Positions 1 to 17,736 of a stretch of 64,000 nucleotides of DNA are shown here, one piece after another. The position numbers and the translations under genes are program-made. Source of the DNA: the human T2T-CHM13v2.0 reference genome, Homo sapiens. The stretch lies in assembly GCF_009914755.1 (NCBI RefSeq), contig NC_060942.1, one strand, 5' to 3'. Position 1 is the stretch's first letter. Each line of letters starts with the position of its first letter. The notes below the pieces were generated by a model. It searched no databases, was not told where the DNA came from, and saw only the letters and a list, made by a program, of their open reading frames with translations.

Positions 1-644
1 GGTTGAAAGTCCTCAACTATGGAGCTTTCGAGTTTCAGTACAGTAGGCGCTTTCACTCCCCAGTAGAAATCTGGGGTGATGGCCAAAAAAAGTGTGTTGT
101 CTCCCCCAAACCACACCATGCCAAGTTCAGCCAACGCAGACCAATGCATCCTTAGGTATTTGTCAAGAAGAGGTATAGGCGGTCCCTTTTCTCAGAATCT
201 AACAGGTAAGAATGGCCTCTTGTGGCTTCCCAAACACGGCGGTAAGGACCAGTCTGCCAGTCCCTAATAAGAAATTACTAATTTTAAAAACCATTCCGAA
301 CGCGGGCGCTTCCGGGCCCCTCTTCAACTGGCTTCGGAAGAAGGGGGGAGAACACGGTGAAGGGTTACAGCAAAGGAGGCTGAAAAACAGTCCCAAAGCA
401 AGATTTGCCAGGACACTGGCTCGACCCGGAAGGGCGGGGGGACCTCTCTCGGCCGCCGGGGTCTGTGGGGTCGGCGAGTGTGGACGACCCGTCTGGCAGT
501 CGTACACTGCCACAGCCCGAAGAGCGGCGCACGCGGAGCAGTTGCCGGGTTCGCGCCGCGAGTCAGCTCCCGGACACACGCCCAGGGTTGAAGGTGCCCT
601 CTAGACCCCTCCCGCTGCCCCACAGAGGCCTGGGCCCATGCTAC

Positions 645-890
645 CTCTTAGGACGCTGGAGCCGCCGCCGCCGCTTCCCGCCGCGCAGGCTGGACCACAG
701 CTCCTCGGATGCCACGGCGGTGTCACTCAGCAGAGCAGCCCGACAAAGCGTGGGTCCGCGTGCAGGAACCCGCCGGGCTCAGCCGGACGCTAGCCCCCTG
801 CCGCCCCCGGCCCCGCCAGCCGCGCCCACTAGCAACGTGCTCGCGACCTCCAGTGCCCGCTCAGTGAAGCTTCTGCATGCCGCGCGCGGC
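645..890 (-). other. FAM210A: Probable non-coding first exon of the divergent gene FAM210A (boundaries approximate)
   Basis: Known head-to-head arrangement with RNMT at 18p11.21 (recalled). Candidate - strand donor AG|GTAGCA at 645/644. No coding sequence in the window to confirm. Confidence 0.55.
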
Positions 891-895
891 ACGTC

Positions 896-907
896 GGGAC
901 TCGTAGT
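896..907 (-). promoter_or_regulatory. ACTACRnnTCCC (THAP11/ZNF143/HCFC1-associated) motif
   Basis: + strand gggactcgtagt = ACTACGAGTCCC on - strand, between the two TSS regions. Confidence 0.6.
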
Positions 908-953
908 TCCGGCGCGGAGGACGTGCGTCGCGGCACTCTCGCCTGACCGTCTC

Positions 954-961
954 CACGTGAC
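954..961. promoter_or_regulatory. E-box CACGTGAC (USF/TFE/MYC class)
   Basis: cacgtgac seen directly in the promoter core. Confidence 0.6.
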
Positions 962-971
962 TCTCGCACCT

Positions 972-986
972 CCGGAAGTGACGTAA
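972..986 (+). promoter_or_regulatory. Overlapping ETS(GABPA)-CRE composite CCGGAAGTGACGTAA
   Basis: Perfect CCGGAAGTG overlapping TGACGTAA at the presumptive RNMT TSS. Confidence 0.7.
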
Positions 987-1045
987 GCAGACACGCGTGG
1001 CGCGGGCCGCCGTTTCCGCAAACAGAATCGCGTTTGGCTGTGCTG
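975..1045 (+). other. RNMT: RNMT exon 1 (5' UTR; start approximate)
   Basis: Consensus donor CTG|GTGAGT at 1045/1046 just downstream of the promoter motifs. Confidence 0.75.
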
Positions 1046-1774
1046 GTGAGTGTGACGGCTGGAACTCCGGCCCTTCCTTTCTTTGTGTTTGTCCCTCGGC
1101 CGCCGTGGAGGGGTGGAACTGGCACTCCCACCCCTGACATGGGCTCACTTCGCATTAGCCCTGTGCTTCACTACCCAACGCGTGGGTCTATTGCCTTGTG
1201 TCCTCAGTCCCAAGGAAAATGGGAACTCCTTGGGGTGGGCGGGCGCTGTTCCTCCTCCAGACTGGGCGAGCCCGGGTGGGAGAAGCAGCTCGAAGAGCTG
1301 CTCCAGCTCGCGCCCCAGGGCCGTGCTGGGGAGGGGCGTGGGGTCCGCAGGTTTGTCTTCAGCGGCGCTTCGGAAACCTGAACCAGAGGTTGAGTAACAG
1401 GCCGCGCTAATGACGGAGGGGGTGAACTTGGCTGGAGAAGTCCCTTCTCGCCTCTGTGCGTCCTCTCGGGCCCCGTGGTAGAGGGTCAAGCGGGCGGGTC
1501 GGGACTTAGAGCTTATCCCGCTTGGGCTTTATCCCGGCGGCCCTGGCGGCCTGCTCGCTCGTACCCTGAGGAGCTGAAATGACGCAGAGACATAGCTTGC
1601 TTCGGAGGTGTGACTGGAAAGCCGGGTCGAAATGTTCGTGTGGTTATTTATCGCGTGTCCATCTCCATGTCAGTCGACCACCTTTCGAAGGTTTCTTGAA
1701 GATTCTGAGGGACAGCTCTCTTCCCTATGGAGTGTTTTCATTATTCCACTTTGAGTTTGGTTTGGGTTTTTTTT

Positions 1775-3545
<1,771 letters not shown>

Positions 3546-4100
3546 CATGATGCTTGGTTTTAAACGTTCTTACTTATTTTTGTGGTCATCTGGAATGCTG
3601 TGTCATTTCTTCTGACCTAATTATGTTTTTATTATGTCACATCTGTGATATCATGAAAGTGACATAAGTAAAATTCATGCTTAAATCTCAATATTAATTT
3701 TAGGTAATAAATATAGCTAAAGATAAGTCACATTTCTTTATTTGAATTTAAAGCCAATTTCCATTAGGAAATCAATGGCAGAGGAGGAGAAATAGGAATT
3801 TGATAAGTTGGTATCCAGTTTTTCTAGATAATCATTTTAAGTATTTGTTCTGAAAATCACTTTTCTGATTTGTTGTTGTTGTTCCCTGATTCAGTTCTAT
3901 TTGGTACTTCTTGGTATTTTGTTACCTCAAATGGTGGGTCATGAAAACTAATAACCATTGAAACCCTTACCCATTCATAGTGAGTGACTTGTTACCCATT
4001 CCTTTAAGCAACTTGATTTCTTATTCTTTTTCATTATCCAAAAGGCTTTTTATTTATTTACTTTTTTTTTTAAGCACAAACACTTCCTTCATGAAAAAGC

Positions 4101-4381
4101 TTTTTTTTTTTAAGTGGGGTCTCACTTTGTTGTCTAGGCTGGAGTACAGTGGCACAATCATGGCTCACTGCAGCCTGGACCTCCTGGGCTCAGGTGATCC
4201 TCCTACTTCAGCCTGCTGAGTAACTGGGACTAAGGCATGTGCCACCATGCCCAGCTATTTTTTGTAGAGACGGGATTTTGCCATGTTGCCCAACCTGGTC
4301 TCGAACTCCAGAGCTCAAGCAGTCTGCCCACCTCGTTCCCCCAAAGTGGTGGGATTACAGGTGTGAGCCACTGTGCCCAGC
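4101..4381 (-). mobile_element. AluJ
   Basis: Diverged Alu dimer. Confidence 0.88.
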
Positions 4382-4919
4382 GAAAGCTTAACATTTTAAT
4401 AGTGGTATATAAGCTATAAACATCTTGAAAACATGATTTACATTGAGCTTCTCCATAGTAGGAGGTCACTAAATTTGTTGAATGGCTTAATAAATGAACC
4501 ACCATAATTCTTGCCCAATAGATAGTTCAGTTATTTCTCTCGCTTTCCCATCTTAATGTAGGTCTAAAAACATATTTGAAAGAGACTTAATGGTCATCAA
4601 ACTGCAGGCTGAGTCCTGAAACTTGTCTAAAGCCATTTCTACTCTCTTCACTTTCTACCTAATTGGAACACCCATTATGAAATACGATTTCAGAATTCTT
4701 GCTGTAGAATCCCAAACTTTTTCTGTTCTTGATGCCCTTAGTGTCCATAGGCCAAAAGAAATATAACAGTTCCATTTATTAAGTAGTTTACCCCAAAGAA
4801 TTTAAAAGTATTTATGGTCTAACAACTTTATGTCTGTTTAAAAAATTAACACACATAAATTGGGGGGAAAGGTAATGTTTCTGTTTTATTCTTGATTAAT
4901 CACAATCCCTTACTAACAG

Positions 4920-5048
4920 GATGTGTGAACCTATTGGGTACTGTACAACTTCAAGCCTCGAAATCAGATAGGCACCACCAACCTCATTTCCTGTTTCACC
5001 TTGATTTTCTGTGATACCAAAATCTCAGCTTCACAAAGTCATTGAAAG
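4920..5048 (+). other. RNMT: RNMT exon 2 (5' UTR, 129 nt)
   Basis: Acceptor ctaacag|G and donor AAG|GTATGT in non-repeat sequence. Confidence 0.7.
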
Positions 5049-5417
5049 GTATGTAGTGTAATCTATTCAGCTGGAACTGTGCTGTACTTAAAGCTGGTAG
5101 TTTCTGTGATATCTTCCACATTAGGTTCTGTGGTGCCTGTTTGTTATGGTGCCAACCATGCAGTTTGGGAACCAGGGTTATAGAGTAAGGATCAGAACCA
5201 AAATGGAACTAGTGCATGTGTATCGCCACTTCATTTGTCAGCTTTAATGCCAACAGTGACTTTTATGAATAAGATTATAGAATTTTGGGGGGATTATAAT
5301 TAGTACTGCCATATTCAGAAATTCATACATAGTATCAGTTAACATTTTTTAATATGCTCTCTACAATGAGATTTTTTTAAACTCCTAGTTGATCAAATTC
5401 TAGTTAAAATTATTTTA

Positions 5418-5716
<299 letters not shown>

Positions 5717-5811
5717 TTGTTTTAAAGTCTTAGTGTTTACAAGTAATACCAATTTTTTTCCTATTCTAGTGTTGGTTCATGAAGTTTTACCATCAATTCA
5801 AGTAATCATAA

Positions 5812-6339
<528 letters not shown>

Positions 6340-6497
6340 TAATAGATGTGGTCTTAAGACAAAGTAGGCTTTTAACTCTTATGATTTCTGTTAAGGTGAA
6401 ACATCTCCTGCTAATGAGATAGATTTTTTAGTTTTTGTTTGTTTTTATTTTCTAATGAGATAATGTTTATCTTATTTTAGAATATTTAACTAGAAAC

Positions 6498-6601
6498 TTT
6501 TTTTTCCGAGACAGAGTCTTGCACTGTCGCCCAGGCTGGAGTGTGATGGTGTAATCAAAGCTCACTGCAGCCACAACCTCCTGGGCATAAGCAGTCCTCC
6601 G
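6498..6601 (-). mobile_element. Truncated Alu/FLAM fragment
   Basis: Right-arm Alu similarity. Confidence 0.75.
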
Positions 6602-7033
6602 GCGTTTTTAAAAAGACTAGAGTATGAGATCCAAATGATTTACCTATTTTTCTTTTTTATTAGGTGTTCAGCTCTAGTTTTTTTGTCAGAGGTTATCACT
6701 TAAAGGGATAACTTTTAAAATTATACCTAGCTTTACATCCCTTTATTAATGTAATTCCTTAAACAGTTTTCAGCTTCTTATTAATGTATTTTACATACTG
6801 TTTTAGTTAAGTGAATGCAAATGCCTAATATTTAGCAAAGATATTATAGGGCAAGTTGTTTTCATCTGGAAGTACCACATTAGAAAGGAATTTGAGGCAG
6901 AATCTGGAGTTAGAGGAAAAGATTACTTTAATGAGTAAATAAAATTCTGCCATTGGCCCTTATGAGGAAAGTGACTGATAGTGAGGCTTTTGTCATCAAT
7001 GGAATGTGAATTCTTGTAACAGAGGGGAGCCCC

Positions 7034-7353
7034 CTTTTTTTTTTTTTTTTTTTTCGGAGACAGAGTCTCACTCTGTCTCCTAGGCTAGAGTGCAGTGGTG
7101 TAAACTCGGCTCACTGCAACCTCCACCTCCCGGGACCTCCACCTCCCGGGTTCAAGCGATTCTCCTGCCTCAGCCTCCCGAGTAGCTGGGACTACAGGTG
7201 CCCACCACCATGCCTGGCTAATTTTTGTGTTTTTTAGTACAGATGGGATTTCACCATATTGGCCAGGCTGGTCTTGAATTCCTGACCTTGTGATCTGCCC
7301 ACCTCAGCCTCCCAAAGTGCTGGGATTACAGGCATGAGCCACTGCGCCTGGCT
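7034..7353 (-). mobile_element. AluS with an internal 16-bp tandem duplication
   Basis: Alu consensus. Confidence 0.92.
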
Positions 7354-7677
7354 GGGAGCTTGTATTTTAAACATAGTTTTCAAACTTTTACTAGCCCCAG
7401 AACCCCTTTTTCAACTGAAAATCTTACACTTAAACCTGTTACGTAAAATAGGTCAAGGATTTGTTTGAAAGGCCTTTCAGCACATCAGTGAGATTCAGCA
7501 CTTTGGCTGAAAAGGGAGTTAGGAGGATCCGAAGCCCTTTACCTATCATGGCATTTTTACAGGATTTCTAGGGCCTCAGGAAGCACAAATTGAAAACTGT
7601 TGGGTTACATGTAACATATATAATAGCATTATTATAATAGAAATCACTAACGCTGCACATAGCCTACTGAATTCTAA

Positions 7678-7971
<294 letters not shown>

Positions 7972-8213
7972 TAATCTCTTTATATACATTATCTTATTTA
8001 ATTTTCACAACAGCTTTATAATAATAATGTAATTATAGCTTATTCCTAATTTATTCCTTTGTAGAAACACCAAACATTGACTGTCATTTATTGAACTGAA
8101 TAAATCAGAACTCTGGAAGAGTACTGGGTTTATTAAGACATTGACACTAAAATTAATGCAGATGAAATATCACAATGAAAATTTTAAACCTAGAGATGTT
8201 TTTCAAAATAAGG

Positions 8214-8572
8214 TGATATGGTTTGGGTGTGTCCCTACCCAGATCTCATCTTGAATTATAGCTCTCATAATTCCCACATGTGTGGGAGGGACCTGATGTG
8301 AGATAATTGAATCATGGGCGCAGTTCCCCATACTTTTCTCATGGTAGTGAATAAGTCTCACGAGATCTGATGGTTTTATAAGGGGTTTCCCCTTTTACTT
8401 GGCTCTCATTGTCTCTTGCCTGCCGCCATGTAAGACCTGCCTTTCACCTTCCACCATGATTGTGAGGCCTCCCCCGCCACGAGGAACTGTGAGTCCATTG
8501 AACCTCTTTTTGTTTATAAATTACCCAGTCTCCGGTACGTCTTTAGCAGCAACATTAAAATGGACTGATACA
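8214..8572 (+). mobile_element. THE1 solo LTR (MaLR)
   Basis: TGATATGGTTTGG...GGACTGATACA termini, ~360 bp. Confidence 0.88.
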
Positions 8573-8729
8573 CAGGGACACAGAAAACAAATCTTAGGTC
8601 TAATGATAATTAGTGAGACTTCTGTGGTTAATTGCCATTGTTTAGTGAAGTTTACCAATTCTAATAGCATTTTATCCATTCACAGGTCAAATGTTCTGAG
8701 GCTTATTTTTACCATGTTCTGATCCTTGA

Positions 8730-8951
<222 letters not shown>

Positions 8952-11276
8952 TGACTTTATAAAGCTAGAGCCAAGACTAGGTCTTGAAGACAAATTCTTC
9001 TAATATTTACTTTTGGTTGACTGTGTAAGATTTTAATGAGTGTTTAATTATTATGTTAATCAGGTTTTCAGAAGGCAATATTTTTTTTAATGCACAGAAT
9101 TAAGGTTACCTAGTACTATTAAGTAATGATTCTATTTTACTCTAATAGTTTTGGAGCAACTGCATATTGTTGGTTAAACATTCAGGTTTCATTAAGTTAA
9201 GAAATAGGCAGTGTCTTGATTTGTTTAGGCCTTCAATTAGTTGATAAAGATCATGTGTATTACATTGAGGATAGATAAAAACATTCAACTTTTTTGAGCC
9301 AACATTTTATCTATGGAAACTCACCTTTGAAATTAAAATGAAAGTGAACAGAGAAAATATGATTCAGAATACAATTCTTGTCGGCACCGTAAGATAGGGT
9401 AAAAAAAAGAATATAATTATTGCTCTGTATATTTAGTGCATTAAGTAGACTCTTAGATAAATTTAGAGAACTTTAAAAAGTGGTTTGTTTTAAAATTTTT
9501 CATAATAAAGATTTTTTTAAAGCCAGTCAAAGAAGAAGTGAGAATGCTTTCTTAATTATGCTAGAAAGAATAAAGTGCTAATTATGGGTACTTCCTACTA
9601 GTTTTGATGATAATTTACTAATTTTCAAAGATAAATTACCTAATCTGATAAGTATTAGCAGTAGGAACTAACTAGGCTTACTTTGAACACATTTTAACAT
9701 TTTGTATATCACTTGTTTTTAACATTCATGTTCTGTTACAAAAATATTTATTTGACTCTGCCATGTGTCAGCTTAGGCTAAATGAGTGTTCACTTTTTTT
9801 TTTTTTTTTTTTAAGATTAACGTAATGGCATTTTCAGTCTCTACTCACAAGGTTCTCTCTCTACCCCAGTCCTAATTTCTTTTCAGCCTTTCTCTTCCTT
9901 CATTACCCTCAATGATGCAGATAACTTATTGGATTTTTTATGAATACTTATTTATTCATGTATTTTTTTATTGAATAACTTTTTCGAGTCCATATTTTCC
10001 ACATTGTTACATGTATTATTTCTATAATCAGAAAAGAGGTATTTTTTTTTAAAGGACTGAAGTCAGAGTTGGCAAAATTGTCTCTTGGCATATACAGGGT
10101 ATTCTTTCCTTCTTCAGCTGTTCTAGCAGCTCTCTTGATGTGTGCTTTGCACCTGTGTTTAACATCCTAATACAATCAGTGTGATCTGTGCCAAGCTTTC
10201 TCTCTGGCTGTTTCCTTTCTCAACACTCATTCTTTGTCACTCATTTTCTCTTTTTTCTTGGTGCTTGTAGCTTGGTAAGTAAACAGTTGAGTATAGTTCT
10301 TGAATGTGATAAAGGCTTTTTTGAAATTGTTTCTTGATGATTTCCTCTCTCGTTAGTCTTACTGTATATAAATGCAGAGATTTTATAATTGTTTTTCGCT
10401 CTTTCAGTATTTTTATGCTATTAAGATTCATGGCAGAAAGTTAAATATTATGGAACATTTGTGCTTCTGTTGAAGTTACTTTAAGTTCCTGCAGAAGGTG
10501 AAAGTACTTGTACAGGATATTTTTAGCCATCAAAATAATACACACCTGAAAGTGTCCAGCTCAGTGATAAAGACAAGGAGAATGTATCTAGGATTCAGTA
10601 TTGTATCAAGTTTTAGAACTGTTGAATACTTAACTTGCCTGAGAATATTAATATGCTTTTAATCGACGTTTGAACAATTTGCCTATTGATGTTTGGTTGC
10701 CTACTGATTTTATCTGTTGGCTGTTAATGTCATTTAGTAGACTGGGGTCTACCAAATACTGATGATGCTAAAACTAAAAGACATAGTGCTTTTTTTTTTT
10801 CTAGTTTTTATATTTCTCTTGGTGGTAAGCCTGACATCTTTGATAATCAGGCTCTTTTATCATTCCATAACAACTTTGATTTACTTACGTGTCTACTGTT
10901 AAACACCTAGCTATGGAAAGAGAAAGCTACAAAAAAAAATATGAATAATTAGTTTTTCTAATCCTTACTTAGCTTTTTCTCTCATCCTGAACAAGTGTTG
11001 TGTTGTCTTATATTAGAATTTTAAATATCTGCTATTTAAAATTCATTTTTGAAAGTTAACATTCAAAATGCTGCCTTTATTTTCCAAAACACCAGACACG
11101 TACTCTTTAATGATAGAGGATCAGATTAATCAACTCTTAGTCATATTTTTAGTTACTTATCAGAAGTTACAAATTACATAAATGGATGTGTAATAGTTTA
11201 TGTTACATATTGGGCAAAAGATAGTAGGTTATTAGAGGTAACAGTTTATACTTCAGTAAAATTGAAGAAGAGGTAG

Positions 11277-11465
<189 letters not shown>

Positions 11466-11555
11466 TAGTCAGATAAATGGAAAATAAGAAGGATTGTCTC
11501 AAATTGCAAGATATCTGGGACTATGCATGAGATGGGTTTTTTTTAAATTAATTAC

Positions 11556-11876
<321 letters not shown>

Positions 11877-12429
11877 TCATAGTAAGATTAATAAGCCTGG
11901 GATAACGTTTCCTTCCCAAAAGGAAGGAAGCTATCAAAGATGGTCGGAGTCATGTCTAAAGGGCAGACTTGAAAAGGTTTCCATTGGCAAAAATAGGGCA
12001 ATTTTAACATTAAAAAAAAAATAGCAGTTGGACACATCAAATCAGAAAAACACATTGTTCACCCTTGAAGGTTGCTAAGAAACTATTCTGAAACTTATAA
12101 ATTAAGGGGAGGAAATCAAACATTTGTAATCAGATGGTTGAAAAGGGCAGTTCCTTTTTTTTTTCAATCAGATAAAGAGGAATTATAGAATTAGAAAATC
12201 ATAATTTTTTTCATTCTTTATGAAATAATAGATCTAGGCAATAATTTTTTTTTTTTGCTACGGAAGCCATTAAGGGAAAAGTCGATAGTAACGCAATGAA
12301 TCAATCAATCAATCACCTTAGCCCGGTGGTTAGTCTTAACACTGAAGTGGGACAAGCAGACGTCAGCGTCTTTCTGATGTGGTGAGTTAAAAGAGATACA
12401 TACCCCCACTACTGAAGTACTGCCCAAAT

Positions 12430-13790
12430 TAGCAGTTCTCAGATTTTTTGGTTTTATGAGCCCTGTATACTTAAAAATTATTGAGGACCCCAGAAAGCTT
12501 TTTTGTATGTAATTATGGTAAGTAGCTACTGATATTTACTATATTGGAAATTAAAGCTGAGAATTTTGAAAATATTTTTTAGTTCATTAAAAGTAACAAG
12601 GCTGGCTTTTACATTTTTGTAAATCCCTTTAGAGTTTGAAATTGCAGGAGACAACTGGATTCTCACACCTGTTTCTGCATCCAATATGTTGTGATTTTAT
12701 TTTGGTTGATAAGTAGTTGTAAAATAAAGAAGTATTTTAATAGCCTTTTTTGATAATTGTAGATATTCCTCTGTTACTACATCAAAACTCAGTAAGTGGT
12801 AGTTTCTTAAAGAGTAGTTACAATATGGAATCTGAAACCTTAGTGATGAACTTTTTATACCGTGTAACATTAAAATCCATTAATCTGTCTTGCACTTCCT
12901 GCATGATTTTATAGTACTTGGAAAATACTGTTCACTAAAGTTATGCAGATCTAATTGTTGAGAATCAAAAAATCACGTGTTTAATATCACTGCCAATCAG
13001 AAAAGTATTGGGAAGAAGTCCAGCCCACAGTGATCAATACGAGTTTTTCAGGGTTGTAATTCTTATTTGAAAGTCAATTTTATTTTTGGCAACAAATACA
13101 CTGTCCCTTGTCTCCCTTTAAATTAGCGATCCCTAACCTTTTTGGCACCAGGGGCCGGTTTCATGGAAGACTGTTTTTCCACAGAAGCGGGGGGATGGAA
13201 TTCTACCTCAGATCATCAGGTGTTAGATTCTCATAAGGAGTATGCAACCCAGCTTGCCTGCCACTCACCTCCTGCTGTGCAGCCTGGTTCCTAACAGGCC
13301 GTGGACCTGTACTGGTTTGTCGCCCAAGGGTTGGGGAACTTTAAGTGACAGGTTCACTTTGTTCATTTTCAAGAAAATATGTGCCAGGTACTGAAGTCTG
13401 CATAACCGTAGTTTGTCAGTCATTCAAGTCAAAATAATTTTCTCAGAAAAAAAGTGGCCAGTACAGCTCAAAACTCAGAACAGTCATATCAGTACTGTTC
13501 TTGAAGATGACCATCATACTTTGTTAGGTAGCAGAAATGTTTTGTTACTTCCCATTTCATCACAGAACATTTTAAAAAGTGTGTATTCAAAAGCCCAGGT
13601 TTAATAAAATTAATTTTCACTATTTTATAAAGGGTATTCTTAAATGAAACTGTTTTTCTCCCCCTGCATATTGTATAGTGGTGAAGAATACATGAAGTAC
13701 TGCCAGTACCATTTAGTGCTGCTACTTTGTATTTGTGATAAGATCCCATTGCCTTTGCATTATCAGTGTGAATCTTTAAACAGGGAAAAG
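12430..13790. mobile_element. Charlie1-like hAT DNA transposon remnant
   Basis: Begins cagttctcaga...aaaaattattgaggacccc...gcttttt, as in the recalled Charlie1a end. Confidence 0.65.
13124..13338. mobile_element. MER1B-like hAT MITE nested in Charlie1
   Basis: ccctaacctttttggcaccaggg...gggttgggga termini; 8-bp TSD-like ctttaaat/ctttaagt. Confidence 0.78.
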
Positions 13791-13794
13791 GGCA

Positions 13795-14172
<378 letters not shown>

Positions 14173-14442
14173 TTATAATTCAGATTGGAATAAAACTTTC
14201 TCCTTTTTACTTTGAATAAGCATTTAAAAATCATGATAGAACTTTTATAGCGTCCGTACCTATTGAGACGCTTTTAGTTCCTCTTGAAAACTGATAGGGT
14301 ATTTGCGTCGGAACAAAGCCCTTTTCTTTTCTTTTAAAGGAAATAAAACCTTTTCACTGGTACTAAGGCTGACTTTTATGCCAGAGTTTGTCAGTTGAGA
14401 TCAATGTCTAGATTTCTGGCATTCTGTGTTGATACTTACTAA

Positions 14443-14637
<195 letters not shown>

Positions 14638-14682
14638 TAAAAATCAACTCAATTTTTACTTTTTTAAAAAAATTTACTCTTA

Positions 14683-14964
14683 TTTTTTGAGACAGGGTCT
14701 TACTCTGTCACCTAGGCTGGAGCACAGTGGCACGATCTCAGCTTACTGCAACCTCTGCCTCCCAGGCTCAAGTGATTCTCCTGCCTCCCAGCCTCCTGAG
14801 TAGCTGGGACTACAGGCACATGCCACCACACCCAGCTAATTTTTATATATTTTGTAAAGATGGGGTTTTGCCATGTTGCCAAGGCTGGCCTCAAACTCCT
14901 GAGCCCAGGTGATCTGCCTGCCTCCCATAGTGCTGGGATTACAGGCATGAGCCATGGTGCCCGG
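14683..14964 (-). mobile_element. AluJ
   Basis: Alu consensus, TSD tactc. Confidence 0.88.
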
Positions 14965-15743
14965 CTACTCATTTTTTAAAATGTGTTTTGAAACTTTAAA
15001 AATCTTGGAATATGCATTTTCACTTTTGACTGGAAATTCTATTATGATAAATTCCCTTGAATGACTCACTGAATACTTGTAATTTTTTGCTTTTAATAAT
15101 TTGAATTGAAATTAGCTGTTGCTTTTCGGTATGGACATCATTTATTTTCCAGTATTTTGAAATAGAACTGAACTTATACTATGTTTTGTTCACCTTGTAA
15201 TTTATTAATTTCCCAACATATCAGAGCCTGTTTGGTTTTTTCCTACCTTCCACCTGTTTCTGAATTTCTTAAAAAGAACTGCTTCAAGGGTGAAAGTCTC
15301 ACCATGAACTTTTTGTTCTTCATTGACTTATTGACTCACTGAACTGTTATAGATACCTTTAATCATACACATTTTGTTTGAAATTTGAAAGTGAAAAAGA
15401 TAAGTGGGAGTATACTGCCAGAAAGTTGTAATACCTTTAAAACATTTTTGCATTTTTTAAAAAATGCCAAACGCCAGATGTTTTTTAACTCAAGTTATTG
15501 TGAATGTCATTTTATTTTAGCTGTCAAGTAAAGTGATGAAAGGATCAAGTTGAAATGTCATAATTGACTAATATATTTTAAACATGATTTCAGAATTCCT
15601 CAGTTTTTAAATACTGTGAAAGTGGGAATCAAATTATTCTGTTAAACTAGAATACATGCATGATTTCTGTGTGTCCTTTATTGTACAAGGGAAAGATTGT
15701 GAGGGAAAGGAAGAACCTTACATTCTAGAAGTTAATTTACTAA

Positions 15744-15986
<243 letters not shown>

Positions 15987-16346
15987 TAAGTACTTCTAAA
16001 TATATTGTGGTTTATAAAATATTCAGTATTAAGTAGCAAATGTTTATCAGAGGTAGATTTTATTAAAATACGCTATTTTAATCTTATAAGTGTTGAACAC
16101 TTTCATAAGATATTTGAGTAGACATTCAAAATTTAAATTCAATAGACAAATTTACAGGTGAACTTTTAACAGTTCATCTTTGTGTGTAAGTTAGAGACTG
16201 AAGTTATAGTGATAGACAAACTGCAGGTCAGATACACAGGCACAGAGATGAACCAGCTGTCATGAGAGTGATACCTACTTCCAGCTTAATTTTATTGGTG
16301 TGACTGTTGGTGATCTTTTAGTATATTGCTTCTTAAAAGTAGCTCA

Positions 16347-16647
<301 letters not shown>

Positions 16648-16710
16648 GGTAGCCCAGATCTAATTAAAAGGCTAATCAAGTGTGCATCATGTAGTTTTTC
16701 ACATGCATAA

Positions 16711-16947
<237 letters not shown>

Positions 16948-17336
16948 TAAGAAGTCATTAATCTGTTCACTCTTTTCTTTTTGTCTTAAGGGAAAGAAAA
17001 GCGGGGAAAAGCAATATTTATTTTACTCTTTATTTTAAATGAGGGCTAAAGAAAAAGTATAATCTTGTTTTTTTGTTTTTGTGTTTTTAAAAAAAAAAAA
17101 CAAAACAAGACTAGCTTCACATCTAGGGGATTATTGCCATAGGTCTCATAATAGCCTAACTTAGTTTTCTCTCATTCCTGGAATTTTTTAATCCTGTGGG
17201 TGAAAAAGGGAACCAGTTGCCTTCAGCTTGTGGCACAAAATGCCTGACACTGCAAATAGCAAAAGTTTTTTTTTTTTTTTTAGTGACTACTGGTAACTTT
17301 GATGATAAACAATGAGTCTTCATAAATCAAAGATCC

Positions 17337-17736
<400 letters not shown>

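Larger units (their letters stand above)
290..1650. promoter_or_regulatory. CpG island / bidirectional promoter shared by RNMT and the head-to-head gene
   Basis: Abrupt GC- and CpG-rich segment against an AT-rich background. Contains divergent first-exon donors and ETS, CRE, E-box and ACTAC-N3-TCCC motifs; no TATA box seen. Confidence 0.92.

Noticed and set aside
1318-1343. G-quadruplex motif in intron 1
   Set aside because: Common at the 5' end of first introns; nothing distinctive
76-1489. Many overlapping 60-190-aa ORFs on both strands
   Set aside because: Expected in a GC-rich, stop-poor CpG island; Pro/Arg/Ala/Gly-rich, often non-ATG starts, no recognisable domain
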